Shown here: one piece after another, positions 20,843-30,188 of the stretch | How positions within the stretch are numbered: the first letter of the stretch is position 1 | Layout: each line of letters begins with the position of its first letter | Assembly: GCA_965215005.1 (NCBI GenBank) | Contig: CBDCCZ010000004.1 | Span: forward strand, 192,001 to 256,000 | Origin: Kofleriaceae bacterium | GTDB taxonomy: Bacteria > Myxococcota_A > Polyangia > Haliangiales > Haliangiaceae | Direction: 5' to 3' | DNA: 64,000 nucleotides | The notes under the pieces: generated by a model | The model's database searches: none | The model's input: only the letters and a program-made list of their open reading frames with translations | What the model was told of the DNA's origin: nothing | Program-made: the position numbers and the translations under genes

Positions 20843-22198
20843 ATGTCGTCCGTCGTTGACGCCGCAGGCGTTCGCTGGCGTCAGCGAGTGCCACAGATCA
20901 TGAGCCTCGGGCTGCCGATCATCGGCGGGATGGTCTCGCAGAACATCCTCAACATCGTAGACACGTTGATGGTGAGCCGGCTCGGTCCCGAGGCGGTTGC
21001 AGCGGTTGGCATCGGTTCATTCGTCAATTTTCTCGCCGCAGCGTTCATCACCGGGCTCTCGACCGGGGTGCAAGCGATTGCCGCGCGGCGCAAAGGCGAA
21101 GGCCGCGAAGGTGAGATGGCGGTGCCGCTCAACGGCGGTCTGCTGATGGCAACAGTGCTAGGCGTGCCCCTTGCGATCGCGTGCATCGCCGCGATGCCGG
21201 TGCTGTTTCCGCTGCTCAACGGGCAAACCGCGGTGATCGCTTTGGCGGTTCCGTACATCCAAGTGCGCCTGTTGTCGATGCCAGCGGTGGGGGCCAACTT
21301 CGCGTTTCGCGGCTACTGGAATGGCGTCAACAAATCACGACTGTACTTGCGGACGTTGGTGGTGATGCACGTCTGCAACGTGGTGTTCAACTACGCGTTC
21401 ATCTTCGGCGAGCTCGGTGCCCCGGCGCTGGGAGCAACCGGGGCGGGCTTGGGCACAACGCTTTCCACCTTTATCGGCACGGCGTATTACGTGCATCTTG
21501 GTCGCCGGCACGCGCGCGTGGCCGGCTTCCTCCACGGCATCCCCGCGTGGAGCACGCTGCAGCGCATGATCAAGCTATCACTGCCTTCGGGGGTACAGCA
21601 GCTGTTCTTCGCCGCAGGCATGACAGCGCTGTTTTCGATTGTTGGTCGCGTCGGCACCGCGGAGCTGGCTGCTGCCAACGTGCTCATTCAAATCACGTTG
21701 GTGGCGCTGCTTCCCGGATTGGCCCTGGGATTGGCGGCTGCGTCGCTGGTAGGGCAAGCGCTGGGCCGCGGCGACGTCGCAGACGCCGAGCGCTGGGGGT
21801 GGGATGTGGTGCGGATAGCGATGGTCATCATGGGGGCGTTGGGCCTGCCGATGTTGCTATTGCCGCAGTCGCTCTTGTCGGCCTTCTTCTCCAGCGAACC
21901 AGCGGTGATGGCCGTGGCGGTGACACCGCTGCGGCTAGTGGGCGCCTTCATGATCTTCGATGCCCTCGGCATGGTGCTGCTCAACGCGCTGATGGGCAGC
22001 GGTGCGACCCGGCTGGCGATGGTGGTTTCGATCGCGACCCAGTGGGGATTGTTCCTGCCAGTCGCGTATCTGGTGGGGCCGGTGCTCGAGCAAGGGCTGC
22101 TCGGCATCTGGATCGCCAACATCGGCTATCGCGCGTTGCTGGCGGTCACGGTGGCGTATCTATGGCGATCGCGGCGCTGGGCAGCCGTAGAAGTTTGA
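20843..22198 (+). CDS. MATE family efflux transporter
   Basis: About 12 TM segments, NIVDTLMVSRLG..AVAAVG, LGATGAGLGT, SLVGQALG. Confidence 0.92.
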   Translation: MSSVVDAAGVRWRQRVPQIMSLGLPIIGGMVSQNILNIVDTLMVSRLGPEAVAAVGIGSFVNFLAAAFITGLSTGVQAIAARRKGEGREGEMAVPLNGGLLMATVLGVPLAIACIAAMPVLFPLLNGQTAVIALAVPYIQVRLLSMPAVGANFAFRGYWNGVNKSRLYLRTLVVMHVCNVVFNYAFIFGELGAPALGATGAGLGTTLSTFIGTAYYVHLGRRHARVAGFLHGIPAWSTLQRMIKLSLPSGVQQLFFAAGMTALFSIVGRVGTAELAAANVLIQITLVALLPGLALGLAAASLVGQALGRGDVADAERWGWDVVRIAMVIMGALGLPMLLLPQSLLSAFFSSEPAVMAVAVTPLRLVGAFMIFDALGMVLLNALMGSGATRLAMVVSIATQWGLFLPVAYLVGPVLEQGLLGIWIANIGYRALLAVTVAYLWRSRRWAAVEV

Positions 22199-22271
22199 GA
22201 TCTCGATGTATTGCCGGCGCGAAGCCCGCTAATGCCGTTACTGCTTTCATAGATGAAATTCTGATCCCACA

Positions 22272-23255
22272 TCATGAATCCGACGTCTCCGGCGACCGGG
22301 TTGGAGGGCTGGAACGCTGATGGGGCGCTGTGAAATCGATGATCGGGCCCATTGGCACGATTCGGTGTGGGTTGATGGTTTCGTGGCTGGCGAAGTAGTG
22401 GTGCTTGATGTGGTCGAAGCGGCAGGTTTGGGCGATTTCATCGGTTTGGTAGACATCGCGCACGAACCCCCAGAGGTGAGGGTAGTCGACGATGCGCCTC
22501 ACGTTGCACTTGAAGTGGGTGTAGTAGACGTTATCGAAGCGGACCAAGGTCGTGAACAGGCAGATGTCGGCGGCGGTGAGCTCGTCCCCGCACAAGAACC
22601 GCTGCTTGCCAAGCAACTCTTCGAGGAGGTCCAGGCGCCGGAACAGCGCAGACACGGCTTCCTCGTAGGCGCCCTGTTTGGTCGCAAAGCCCGCCCGATA
22701 GACCCCGTTGTTGACCGGCTCGTAGTTAGCATCGATCATCTCGAGGATCTCCTCGGCGCGGTCTTCGGGCAGTAGCCGCCGGGTGCTGTCACCAAGGCTT
22801 GCGAGCGGGCCATCGAGCATCTGGATGAGCTCACGAGACTCATTGCAGACGATGGTTTCGCGTTGGCGGTCCCACAGCACAGGCACCGTGACGCGCCCGG
22901 TATAGTCGCTTCGCGCGGCGGCATAGACCTCGCGGAGAAAGCGGCGGTTGGCCACTCGGTCGCCGGTGGCGCCGTCGAAGTCGCTGGCGAAGGTCCAGCC
23001 ATCATCGCCCATGAACGGATGCACCACCGAGACTTCAATGGCGTCCTCCAGGCGGTGCAGCGCGCGCATGATGAGCGTGCGATGCGCCCATGGACACGCG
23101 TAGCTCACGTAGAGGTGATAGCGCCCCGCCGCTGGCGGATGCGCACCATCGGCGGCGATTTGCTCGCGAAATTGCGTCTCGGGTCGAACGAAGCGGCCCT
23201 CGTCATCGGGTTGGTACCACTGCGTCGTCCACTTGCCATTGACCATGCGTCCCAT
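22272..23255 (-). CDS. Glutathionyl-hydroquinone reductase (YqjG/omega-class GST)
   Basis: GRYHLYVSYACPWAHR, TVPVLWD, NNGVYRAGFA, LVRFD. Confidence 0.92.
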   Translation of the reverse strand: MGRMVNGKWTTQWYQPDDEGRFVRPETQFREQIAADGAHPPAAGRYHLYVSYACPWAHRTLIMRALHRLEDAIEVSVVHPFMGDDGWTFASDFDGATGDRVANRRFLREVYAAARSDYTGRVTVPVLWDRQRETIVCNESRELIQMLDGPLASLGDSTRRLLPEDRAEEILEMIDANYEPVNNGVYRAGFATKQGAYEEAVSALFRRLDLLEELLGKQRFLCGDELTAADICLFTTLVRFDNVYYTHFKCNVRRIVDYPHLWGFVRDVYQTDEIAQTCRFDHIKHHYFASHETINPHRIVPMGPIIDFTAPHQRSSPPTRSPETSDS

Positions 23256-23267
23256 AGGTTCACTGTA

Positions 23268-23720
23268 ATGGGCATAGGCCGGTTGTCATATGGCTTCCGC
23301 GGCGGCTTGCTCGCCTTGGCAGGACTCATCGCCGCATGCGGCGCTGCTCCCGCGGCACCTGCTGCGGGCACCGACCGACTGCCCTCGCTCGTCGCTCCGG
23401 CAATGGAAGCTCGGGCCAGCGATTTTGCCGGCAGCTGTGCGTGGGGGCGAGGCCCAGGTAGCGCGGATGACTATCGGAGTCAGGTGCGCGTGCGCGTTCC
23501 GTCTGCGCCGGTGTTTGCCACGCCGCGTCTCGGCGGCTGGAATGAGCAACCGATCGGGCTTGTGCGCCGCGGCGCCACCCTATGGGCGAGCGGTCCTCTG
23601 CAACATGGCCGCTACGACTTTGGCCTCGCGTTCGCCATCTTGGTGCGCGGCGTTCACGGGCGAGTATGCCGCGGCTACGTGCGCGCAGCGGAGGTCGAGG
23701 TGCAACTTCAAGCTCGATGA
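23268..23720 (+). CDS. Hypothetical lipoprotein
   Basis: Lipobox IAAC after a hydrophobic stretch; fills the gap between neighbouring genes. Confidence 0.55.
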   Translation: MGIGRLSYGFRGGLLALAGLIAACGAAPAAPAAGTDRLPSLVAPAMEARASDFAGSCAWGRGPGSADDYRSQVRVRVPSAPVFATPRLGGWNEQPIGLVRRGATLWASGPLQHGRYDFGLAFAILVRGVHGRVCRGYVRAAEVEVQLQAR

Positions 23721-23729
23721 CGCTGGAGC

Positions 23730-24086
23730 TCAGTCCTCGAGCTTGGAGTACTTGATCGCGCGGCCGCGAACGCGGTCGGCAGGATATTTGGCCGCGTTCT
23801 TGGCCATCTTATCGTGCACCGCCTGCTCGAGGTCCACATCGAGCACGTCGGCAAGGCGCAGCACGTAAACCAGGACATCGGCGAGCTCATCGCGGATCGC
23901 TTCGGCCGTGGATGCATCGCTCATCACCGCCTGCGAAGCCGCTGGCTCGAGCCACTGAAAGTGCTCGATGAGCTCGCCGACCTCGCCGGACAGCGCCATC
24001 ACGAGGTTCTTGGGGGTGTGGAAGCGCTGCCACTGCCGGTCGGCGACGAAGCGGCGGATCAGCTGCTGCAACTCATCTACGTTCAT
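23730..24086 (-). CDS. MazG-like nucleotide pyrophosphohydrolase (dCTP pyrophosphatase type)
   Basis: WQRFHTPKNL, EVGELIE, DELADV, KMAKNAAKYP. Confidence 0.92.
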   Translation of the reverse strand: MNVDELQQLIRRFVADRQWQRFHTPKNLVMALSGEVGELIEHFQWLEPAASQAVMSDASTAEAIRDELADVLVYVLRLADVLDVDLEQAVHDKMAKNAAKYPADRVRGRAIKYSKLED

Positions 24087-24138
24087 GCGGCTCCGAGGCT
24101 GGCGCGGCGGAGCCGAGACGGTAAGCTCGCCAGCAGCC

Positions 24139-24645
24139 ATGCGCAACCTCTCCTCCGCGGACGGTCTTCGAGGCGCGTGCCTCGTGCTCTTTGCCTTCGT
24201 GTTGCTAGGCTGCTCCGCCGGCGGCAACCGCGCCGGCGAGCGGGTCAAACAGCCAGCAGCCCCGCCGACGGCAGCTGCGCCCACGGCAGGCAGCGCAGAC
24301 GCCGTCGGCGGGGCGCGTTTACCAACCGGCGGCGTCGCCTGCACTGACCCCTCTTGCGTCTATCACGCTGGCGCTGGCGCCTACTTCACGTGCCTAAGCT
24401 TTGGCGACGGCTCGTGCTTTCACTATGGCCGCGCGTGTGCACCGCAAGACAGCTGCATGCTCGAGCAAGCCAGCGGTCGATATCGGCAATGCACGGAGCT
24501 CCAAGAGAGTCGCTGCGCGCGCTTCGGCGAGGTCTGCGAGCCTGCCAAGCGCTGTTATTACAACAGCGCCGACCGTCGCCACCACGTCTGCGAGGAAGCG
24601 CGCGACGGCGCGTGCATCCGCTACGGCGCCGCCTGCGAGCCCTGA
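24139..24645 (+). CDS. Cys-rich lipoprotein with three tandem 4-Cys repeats
   Basis: Lipobox LLGC; three copies of C-x11-C-x7-C-x2-[YF]G-x2-C-x-P. Confidence 0.75.
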   Translation: MRNLSSADGLRGACLVLFAFVLLGCSAGGNRAGERVKQPAAPPTAAAPTAGSADAVGGARLPTGGVACTDPSCVYHAGAGAYFTCLSFGDGSCFHYGRACAPQDSCMLEQASGRYRQCTELQESRCARFGEVCEPAKRCYYNSADRRHHVCEEARDGACIRYGAACEP

Positions 24646-24739
24646 GCTCCTCGCCTTCACTCGCCAAGGAAGACCGTAGAAGGCAACACCGGATAGCAAC
24701 GCGCAGTTCGAGCACTTCAACGACAAGGCTCGGGACTGA

Positions 24740-25150
24740 ATTCGACGCCAAGAAGAAGGAGCTGCTCGGCAACTTCAAAAACGGGGGCGCGAGTGGCAGC
24801 CGCGAGGCGAGCCCGAACTGGTGGACACTCATGACTTCCCGTCCGACGCTATCGGCAAGGCGATTCCGTACGGCATCTACGACATTGGTGGCAACGACGG
24901 ATTGGTGAGCGTTGGCGTCGACCATGACACGCCGATGTTCGCGTCACCTCGATTGCGGCGTGGGGAACAAGTTGGCGTCAGGTGATGCCCCCAACGCACA
25001 GGAGATCCTCATCACCGCTGATGCGGGCGGCAGCAACAGCTATCGCTCACCTGTTTGGAAGCAGCAGCTCCAACGCCTCGCGGATACGCTCTACCTCGCG
25101 ATAGACACAAGTCACTTCCCGCCGGGGAACAGCAAGTGGAACAACTGGGC
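24740..25150 (+). pseudogene. Degraded ISAzo13-family transposase fragment (multiple frameshifts, truncated at both ends)
   Basis: DAKKKELLGNFKNGG, HDFPSDAIGKAIPYGIYD...VSVGVDHDT and LITADAGGSN..R..VWKQQLQ...HFPPGNSKWN found in different frames. Confidence 0.85.
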
Positions 25151-25206
25151 GCCGGCTGCGACGGGCAAGATGTCAGACGATCGTGCTAATTTTCTGCCGA
25201 TTCAAG

Positions 25207-25866
25207 ATGACGGGCACGAAGATCAGAAGGAAGACTCGGAAAAAGCGACACCGGCAGGAAGCGTTCGTGTTTCGCACCTGGGGCGGCAAGCGGGAGGGTG
25301 CTGGGCGCAAGCCGACGGGCAAGCGCGCCGGGGTGTCTCACGCGCCGCGTGCGCGCATCCGCCGCACCACGCCGGTGCACGTCACGCTTCGCATGGCGCC
25401 GCATGTCTACAATCTGCGCAGCAGGCGGTCGTTCCGGGTCATACAGCAGGCCCTGCTTGCCGCTAGCAATCACCTGGGCACCAAGATTCTCGAGTTCTCG
25501 GTGCAGGGCAATCACGTGCATCTGCTCGCCGAGACGCGGGACGATGGCGCGCTCTCTCGCGCGATGAAGGGCCTGTCGGTGCGGCTCGCCCGCGGCCTCA
25601 ACAAGATGATGGGCAAGCGCGGCCCGGTACTCGGCGACCGCTACCACGCTCACGTGCTGCGAACGCCCACCGAGGTGGTGCGCGTCCGCGAGTACATCAA
25701 GCGCAACTACCGCAAGCACGCCGCCGAGCGCGGACACAAGCTACCCTCGGGCTTCGTCGATCCATATTCGTCGTCGGCGCGCGGACTGCGACGCAAGCTC
25801 GGGCTACCGGCGGCTGGCTGGCTCGCGAGCCACGGCGCCCCCGCCATGGAAGAAGACACGACGTAA
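25207..25866 (+). mobile_element. RAYT/IS200-like (Y1) HUH tyrosine transposase
   Basis: WGGKREGAGRKP, PVHVTLR, FSVQGNHVHLL (HUH), DRYHAHVL, YIKRN catalytic Tyr. Confidence 0.85.
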
Positions 25867-25929
25867 CTCGATTTGCAGTCGCATCAGGAGCTGTTCGACG
25901 ACACCACCGGCACGTCTGGCGAACATGCC

Positions 25930-26380
25930 GAGCAAGGCTCGCTCGCGCTCGTGCGGCCGACTGAAGGCACGCTCGGCGCCGTGCGGCGGCGAAGGCGCGC
26001 TCGCGCGGCGTACGTCCTCGAAGGCGCAAACATCCGCGAAGGCGGGCTCGTGCGCGTGCAGCCAATCGGAAGCGCTCCTGCGGCGTGACAGCCGCACCGC
26101 AGGAGCGCTCCTGCGGTGTGCGGGCGACTGAGTGCGTGCTCCCGCGCCGGGCGGCTGACCGACCTCGCGCTCCCGCGTCGCTTGGGTTCGGCCGACCGAA
26201 GGCGGGCTCGTGCGCGTGCAGCCGACCGCAGGCACGTTCCCAAAGCCGCTCGTGGCTAGTATGACCGACTGACGGCGCGTACATGCGCGAAGACGCGCTC
26301 CTGCCCGTGGTGCAGCCGACCGGAGGCGAGCGCCGCCCCGAATGCGCGCGCCTACGCCGCAGCCGCCGTAGGCGCGTACA
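25930..26380. repeat. Field of degenerate ~30-bp repeats and palindromes downstream of the RAYT (REP-like)
   Basis: 27-bp exact duplicate cgaaggcgggctcgtgcgcgtgcagcc at 26037 and 26197; perfect 24-bp palindrome 26095-26118; 10-bp stem hairpin 26347-26376. Confidence 0.75.
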
Positions 26381-26463
26381 CTCACCAATGCACGCTCCTG
26401 AGCCCACCAGCGTCATCCATGCTGCGCACTGGTCGACCGACCAACTTTCTAATTTCTAGAACC

Positions 26464-27453
26464 CTACGGATTGCCCATCTCGATGCTCATTTGCATCTCG
26501 GTGTTCACCAGCTGCTCTTGCCCTTGCGCGCTCACCTTCATCGTGTAGGCGCTGGTGAGCTGCATCTTCGACTCGGGCGCTAGCTCATCGAGATTCAACT
26601 TCACAGTACCTTTGCCCTTCGACTCGAGCGACACCAGCTCGGCGGCGGCGCCGGTCGGCATTCCCGGCAGCGCAACCTTTTGCGGCTCGGCACTTTGCTC
26701 CATCACGACCGCTAACGTGCCTTCGTCGCCGTGCAGCTCGACCAGCTCGTAGGTCAACGCCTGGTCGATCTTCATCGCGTTCTGCTCGACGGTTTGCGAG
26801 ACCTTCCAACGCGCGCCTACGCCCACCGGCTCTTCCGGAAGAGGCGAGGCGAGTTGATCCATCCCCTGCATCGATGACTCCATCATCGAGCGCGTCTCCG
26901 CCGAAAGGCCGGGAGGCATTTCCATGGTCATCTCGCGATTGAATCCGCGCGAATCGACCACGACGGTGCCCTTCATGCCGTGCGCTTGCTCGAGTGCTTG
27001 CCTGGTCATGGTCACCACCTGCTCTTGCACGCCTTCCTTGGCTTCGACCTTCGAGCCGGTGAGCTCGAAGCTATAACGCGCCGCGTCCTCGCCGATCTTC
27101 TCCAGCAGCTGGATGTCCATGAGCAGGGTCATGGTGGGCAGCGCCATCGGCGTGCCCATCGCGGTAACCGAGGTGTTCATGGTGAGAAACATCCGTTCTT
27201 GAGCGTCGGCGGGGAGCTTGTAGCGCAGCTTGACGCGCGGCTCGGCGCCTGCTGAGAGCAGCTCGATCCGCGGCGGCTCGCCTTTGCGGGCCTCCTTCGG
27301 CGCCTCCGCTGGTGCTTCCGCGGTCTCGACAGCGGGCTCGGTGGTTGGCTCGTCGCCTGCGGCGGGCTCTGGCGCGTCTTTCTTGCAACCGACCGCCACC
27401 GCCATCACGGCGGCGAGCATCAGCGACCATAGGATTCGATATGGGGGGTGCAT
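26464..27453 (-). CDS. Lipoprotein, DUF6263-like
   Basis: Lipobox AVGC, LLSAGAEPRVKLRY, PLPEEPVGVGARW. Confidence 0.7.
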   Translation of the reverse strand: MHPPYRILWSLMLAAVMAVAVGCKKDAPEPAAGDEPTTEPAVETAEAPAEAPKEARKGEPPRIELLSAGAEPRVKLRYKLPADAQERMFLTMNTSVTAMGTPMALPTMTLLMDIQLLEKIGEDAARYSFELTGSKVEAKEGVQEQVVTMTRQALEQAHGMKGTVVVDSRGFNREMTMEMPPGLSAETRSMMESSMQGMDQLASPLPEEPVGVGARWKVSQTVEQNAMKIDQALTYELVELHGDEGTLAVVMEQSAEPQKVALPGMPTGAAAELVSLESKGKGTVKLNLDELAPESKMQLTSAYTMKVSAQGQEQLVNTEMQMSIEMGNP

Positions 27454-27528
27454 GCGGCGGATGATACGCCGGGGGTGGGCTCTGGAGTGGTCGCTGCAAC
27501 CTGTTGAAACCACTAGGCGGCGGCGAAA

Positions 27529-27585
27529 TTGGAAACGATTTTCAACTTTGCTCTTGCTCCCGCTCGAATTGAATATTAATTTCAA
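27529..27585 (+). promoter_or_regulatory. Two Fur-box-like inverted repeats upstream of bfd-bfr
   Basis: TTGGAAACGATTTTCAA (27529-27545) and TTGAATATTAATTTCAA (27569-27585), AT-rich islands in GC-rich DNA, 40 bp apart. Confidence 0.75.
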
Positions 27586-27592
27586 ATTCACG

Positions 27593-27844
27593 ATGATCGT
27601 GTGCCTCTGCAAAGCCGTCACCGAGTGCGACATCGCCTCCGCCGTCGATGACGGCGCTCGTTCTGTGCAAGAGGTGGCCCGCGCCTGCAACGGCGCTGGC
27701 ACCGACTGCGGAACCTGTAGCGAGTTCATCGCCGAGTTGATCATCGACCTTGCTGGCGACGTAAATGACTCGGCTGACCTCGATCGCGCGTCCAACGGTC
27801 TGATACCGTGCGAGCGACTCACGCAATCGAGAGAAGCGGCATGA
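27593..27844 (+). CDS. bfd: Bacterioferritin-associated ferredoxin (2Fe-2S)
   Basis: [10 protein letters not shown]...GTDCGTC; overlaps the bfr start (ATGA). Confidence 0.9.
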   Translation: MIVCLCKAVTECDIASAVDDGARSVQEVARACNGAGTDCGTCSEFIAELIIDLAGDVNDSADLDRASNGLIPCERLTQSREAA

Positions 27845-28314
27845 AGGGCAACGACAAAATAATCGCGCTTTTGAACGAGCTCCTTACCAACGAGCTCACG
27901 GCCATCAACCAGTACTTCATCCACGCGAAGATGTGCCGGAACTGGGGTCTTGAGAGTCTCGCCAAGAAGGTCTGGGACGAATCGATCGATGAGATGAAGC
28001 ACGCAGACCGCGTCATCGATCGAATCCTCTACTTCGATGGGGTTCCCAACCTGCAGAAGCTGCACAAGCTCACTGTCGGGCAGACCGTAGGCGAGCAGTT
28101 CAGCCTCGACCTCGCGATGGAAAAGAAGAACATCGCGTTTCTCAACGAGAACATCGAAGTCTGCCGCAGCGCCGGAGATCATGGCTCGATGGAGCTCATG
28201 CTCCACATCCTCGAGGCCGAGGAAGAGCACGCTGAGTGGCTGGAAACACAGCTCTCGCTGATCGAGCGCGTCGGCGAAGCGCACTACATGGCTCAGCAGA
28301 TCCGGCCGAGCTGA
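27841..28314 (+). CDS. bfr: Bacterioferritin
   Basis: [42 protein letters not shown]. Confidence 0.96.
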   Translation: MKGNDKIIALLNELLTNELTAINQYFIHAKMCRNWGLESLAKKVWDESIDEMKHADRVIDRILYFDGVPNLQKLHKLTVGQTVGEQFSLDLAMEKKNIAFLNENIEVCRSAGDHGSMELMLHILEAEEEHAEWLETQLSLIERVGEAHYMAQQIRPS

Positions 28315-28444
28315 TCCCTCCGCGGCATGGTAGCTGTCGCGGCCGAGCCCACGATAGCTGCCGAGAAGGTTCCCGTGTGCCGCCGCGATCTTGGCACTGC
28401 CGGGTCGCCGCGGCGTGGCCGCTAAGGCCTCTGCGCTGCACGGC

Positions 28445-28556
28445 CAGTGAAGGCGGCGATCGTCGTGTAGTGAAGGCGGCGATCGTCGTGCAGTGAAGGC
28501 GGCGATCGTCGTGCAGTGAAGGCGGCGATCGTCGTGCAGTGAAGGCGGCGTTCGTC
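28445..28556 (+). repeat. 23-bp tandem repeat, ~4.9 copies
   Basis: Unit cagtgaaggcggcgatcgtcgtg at 28445, 28468, 28491, 28514 and partial at 28537; no spacers. Confidence 0.95.
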
Positions 28557-28592
28557 ATTTCGCGGCCGGTCGCATGCTGCTACACCCACGGG

Positions 28593-29459
28593 GTGAACCG
28601 CTGCAGCGTTTTTTGCCTCGTGGGTGTCGCGTCGGCCTGTGCGACCGACACCCGCGTCGATACCATCGTCTACGACGCGCGCTTCGACACTGGCGCGATG
28701 GATCTGCACGCACCCGCCGAAGCTGCCTCTACAGCGCGCCCGGCGATCCTGCTGATCCACGGCGGGGGCTGGTTTTTTGGCAACCGCAGCGAGATGACGG
28801 CGGCGGCGGAACGTTTCGCGAGCGCCGGCTACGTGGTGGCCAATATCGATTATCGGTTGGTTCCCGAGGGGCGATTTCCCGCGGCGGTGCAAGACGTGTT
28901 TTGCGCGCTGGCGTATCTGCGCGCCCACGCCGACGAGCTAATGATCGACCCGTCGCGCATTGCCGCCATCGGCTACTCGGCCGGCGCGCATCTAGCGGCA
29001 ATGACCGGCGTCGCCGCCGAGGACCCAGAGCTGCAAGACGAGGCGTGCCCGTGGGGCAGGACTGAACGAGTTGCCGCCGTCGTCAGCGGCGCCGGCGCGA
29101 TGCAGCTCGCAGTGTTGCGCGATGTCACTGCGCGTGAGTTTCTCGGCGTGTCGTACGACGAAGATCCGGGGCGGTGGAGTCAAGCCTCGCCGATCTCGCA
29201 CGTTGGTGAGAGCGAGCCGCCATTTCTATTCGTTCATGCCGAGCACGACTTGGTCGTCGATCTCAACCAATCGGAGGCGATGCAAGGAGCGCTCGAGGCC
29301 GCGGGCAATCAAGCGTGGCTGCTCAGGCTCGAAGGTGGCGGGCACGTCTTAAGCGACGGCGGCGGGCTCGGATACGAGCAGCTCGAGTTCGCGCTCTACA
29401 CCCTCGAAGGGTGGCTCGCGAGCATGGATTTTCTCGCCCAAACGGTGGGGCGACCATGA
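28593..29459 (+). CDS. HSL-like alpha/beta hydrolase (esterase/lipase), probable lipoprotein
   Basis: HGGGW, DYRL, GYSAG nucleophile elbow, HDLVV, GGGH. Confidence 0.88.
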   Translation: MNRCSVFCLVGVASACATDTRVDTIVYDARFDTGAMDLHAPAEAASTARPAILLIHGGGWFFGNRSEMTAAAERFASAGYVVANIDYRLVPEGRFPAAVQDVFCALAYLRAHADELMIDPSRIAAIGYSAGAHLAAMTGVAAEDPELQDEACPWGRTERVAAVVSGAGAMQLAVLRDVTAREFLGVSYDEDPGRWSQASPISHVGESEPPFLFVHAEHDLVVDLNQSEAMQGALEAAGNQAWLLRLEGGGHVLSDGGGLGYEQLEFALYTLEGWLASMDFLAQTVGRP

Positions 29460-30178
29460 TCTGGCGGGTCGTGCTGCTGCTCGTGGTTCACGGCCTGGGT
29501 CGTGAGCCACAAGTAAAACAACAATCGCTACGGGAGACGCCGAAGTGGGCCCCCGAGCAGCGGCAAAACGCGCGCGGCGTCGCATCAGCCGAGTCGGCAA
29601 CGGCAACGCCGGCTGAGCAGTGGCCCGAGCTGCCATGGCCTGCGGCGGTCGCGCCGGTAGCACCGGCTACAGCGGCCACTGCCTCCACCGCAGAAGCCAT
29701 ACCGGAGCGAACCAAGCCGCCGACGGAGGTGCCGCCGCTGGTGATTTCGCTGCCGCTCGGCGCGCTGTCTTGGCGAGCCATCGCGCTGCAGCTCGAGCGC
29801 GGTGTTCGCCCGGCCACCAGCGCGATCGCTACCCTCGGCTATCGCGATGGTGCCGGGGGTGACTACGACTCGGTGACGTACGCTATCGGCGCGGAGCTGC
29901 GCTTTTGGCATCGGCCAAGTGCTCGAGGCTGGTTTCTTGGCCCCCGCGTCGAGCTCACGAACGTGCAGCTGCGCATGAGTATGTCCGGGCGTGGGCTCGG
30001 CAGCGTGTGGCGTGTCAGTGAAGGCGTGGTCGGCGGGTATCGCTTCTTAGTCGGTGCTCACCTCGAGCTGACCTCGAGCGTGGGTATTGCGCTGCGCCAC
30101 GATCTGCCGCATAGCGGGCTCGCGGCGGCCGCCAAGCTCACCCCGTTGCTTGGCGGCACGATTGGCTGGAGGTTTTGA
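29456..30178 (+). CDS. Putative outer-membrane beta-barrel protein (DUF3575-like)
   Basis: Signal-like N-terminus, amphipathic beta strands (GAELRFW, GWFLGPR), C-terminal IGWRF. Confidence 0.65.
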   Translation: MIWRVVLLLVVHGLGREPQVKQQSLRETPKWAPEQRQNARGVASAESATATPAEQWPELPWPAAVAPVAPATAATASTAEAIPERTKPPTEVPPLVISLPLGALSWRAIALQLERGVRPATSAIATLGYRDGAGGDYDSVTYAIGAELRFWHRPSARGWFLGPRVELTNVQLRMSMSGRGLGSVWRVSEGVVGGYRFLVGAHLELTSSVGIALRHDLPHSGLAAAAKLTPLLGGTIGWRF

Positions 30179-30188
30179 TCAACGCTGA

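Noticed and set aside
23730..24086. MazG-like gene as an anti-phage defence component
   Set aside because: Ordinary dCTPase-type house-cleaning enzyme with no defence partners nearby.
25930..26380. Possible CRISPR-like array or protein-coding ORF after the RAYT
   Set aside because: The units are degenerate and irregular with no repeat-spacer alternation; the overlapping ORFs are low-complexity products of the repeats.
27454..28284. N-terminal half of the 606-aa minus-strand ORF (26464-28284)
   Set aside because: Antisense to bfd-bfr; the real lipoprotein starts at ~27453.
28445..28556. Possible CRISPR array
   Set aside because: The repeats are directly adjacent with no spacers, and no cas genes are in the window.
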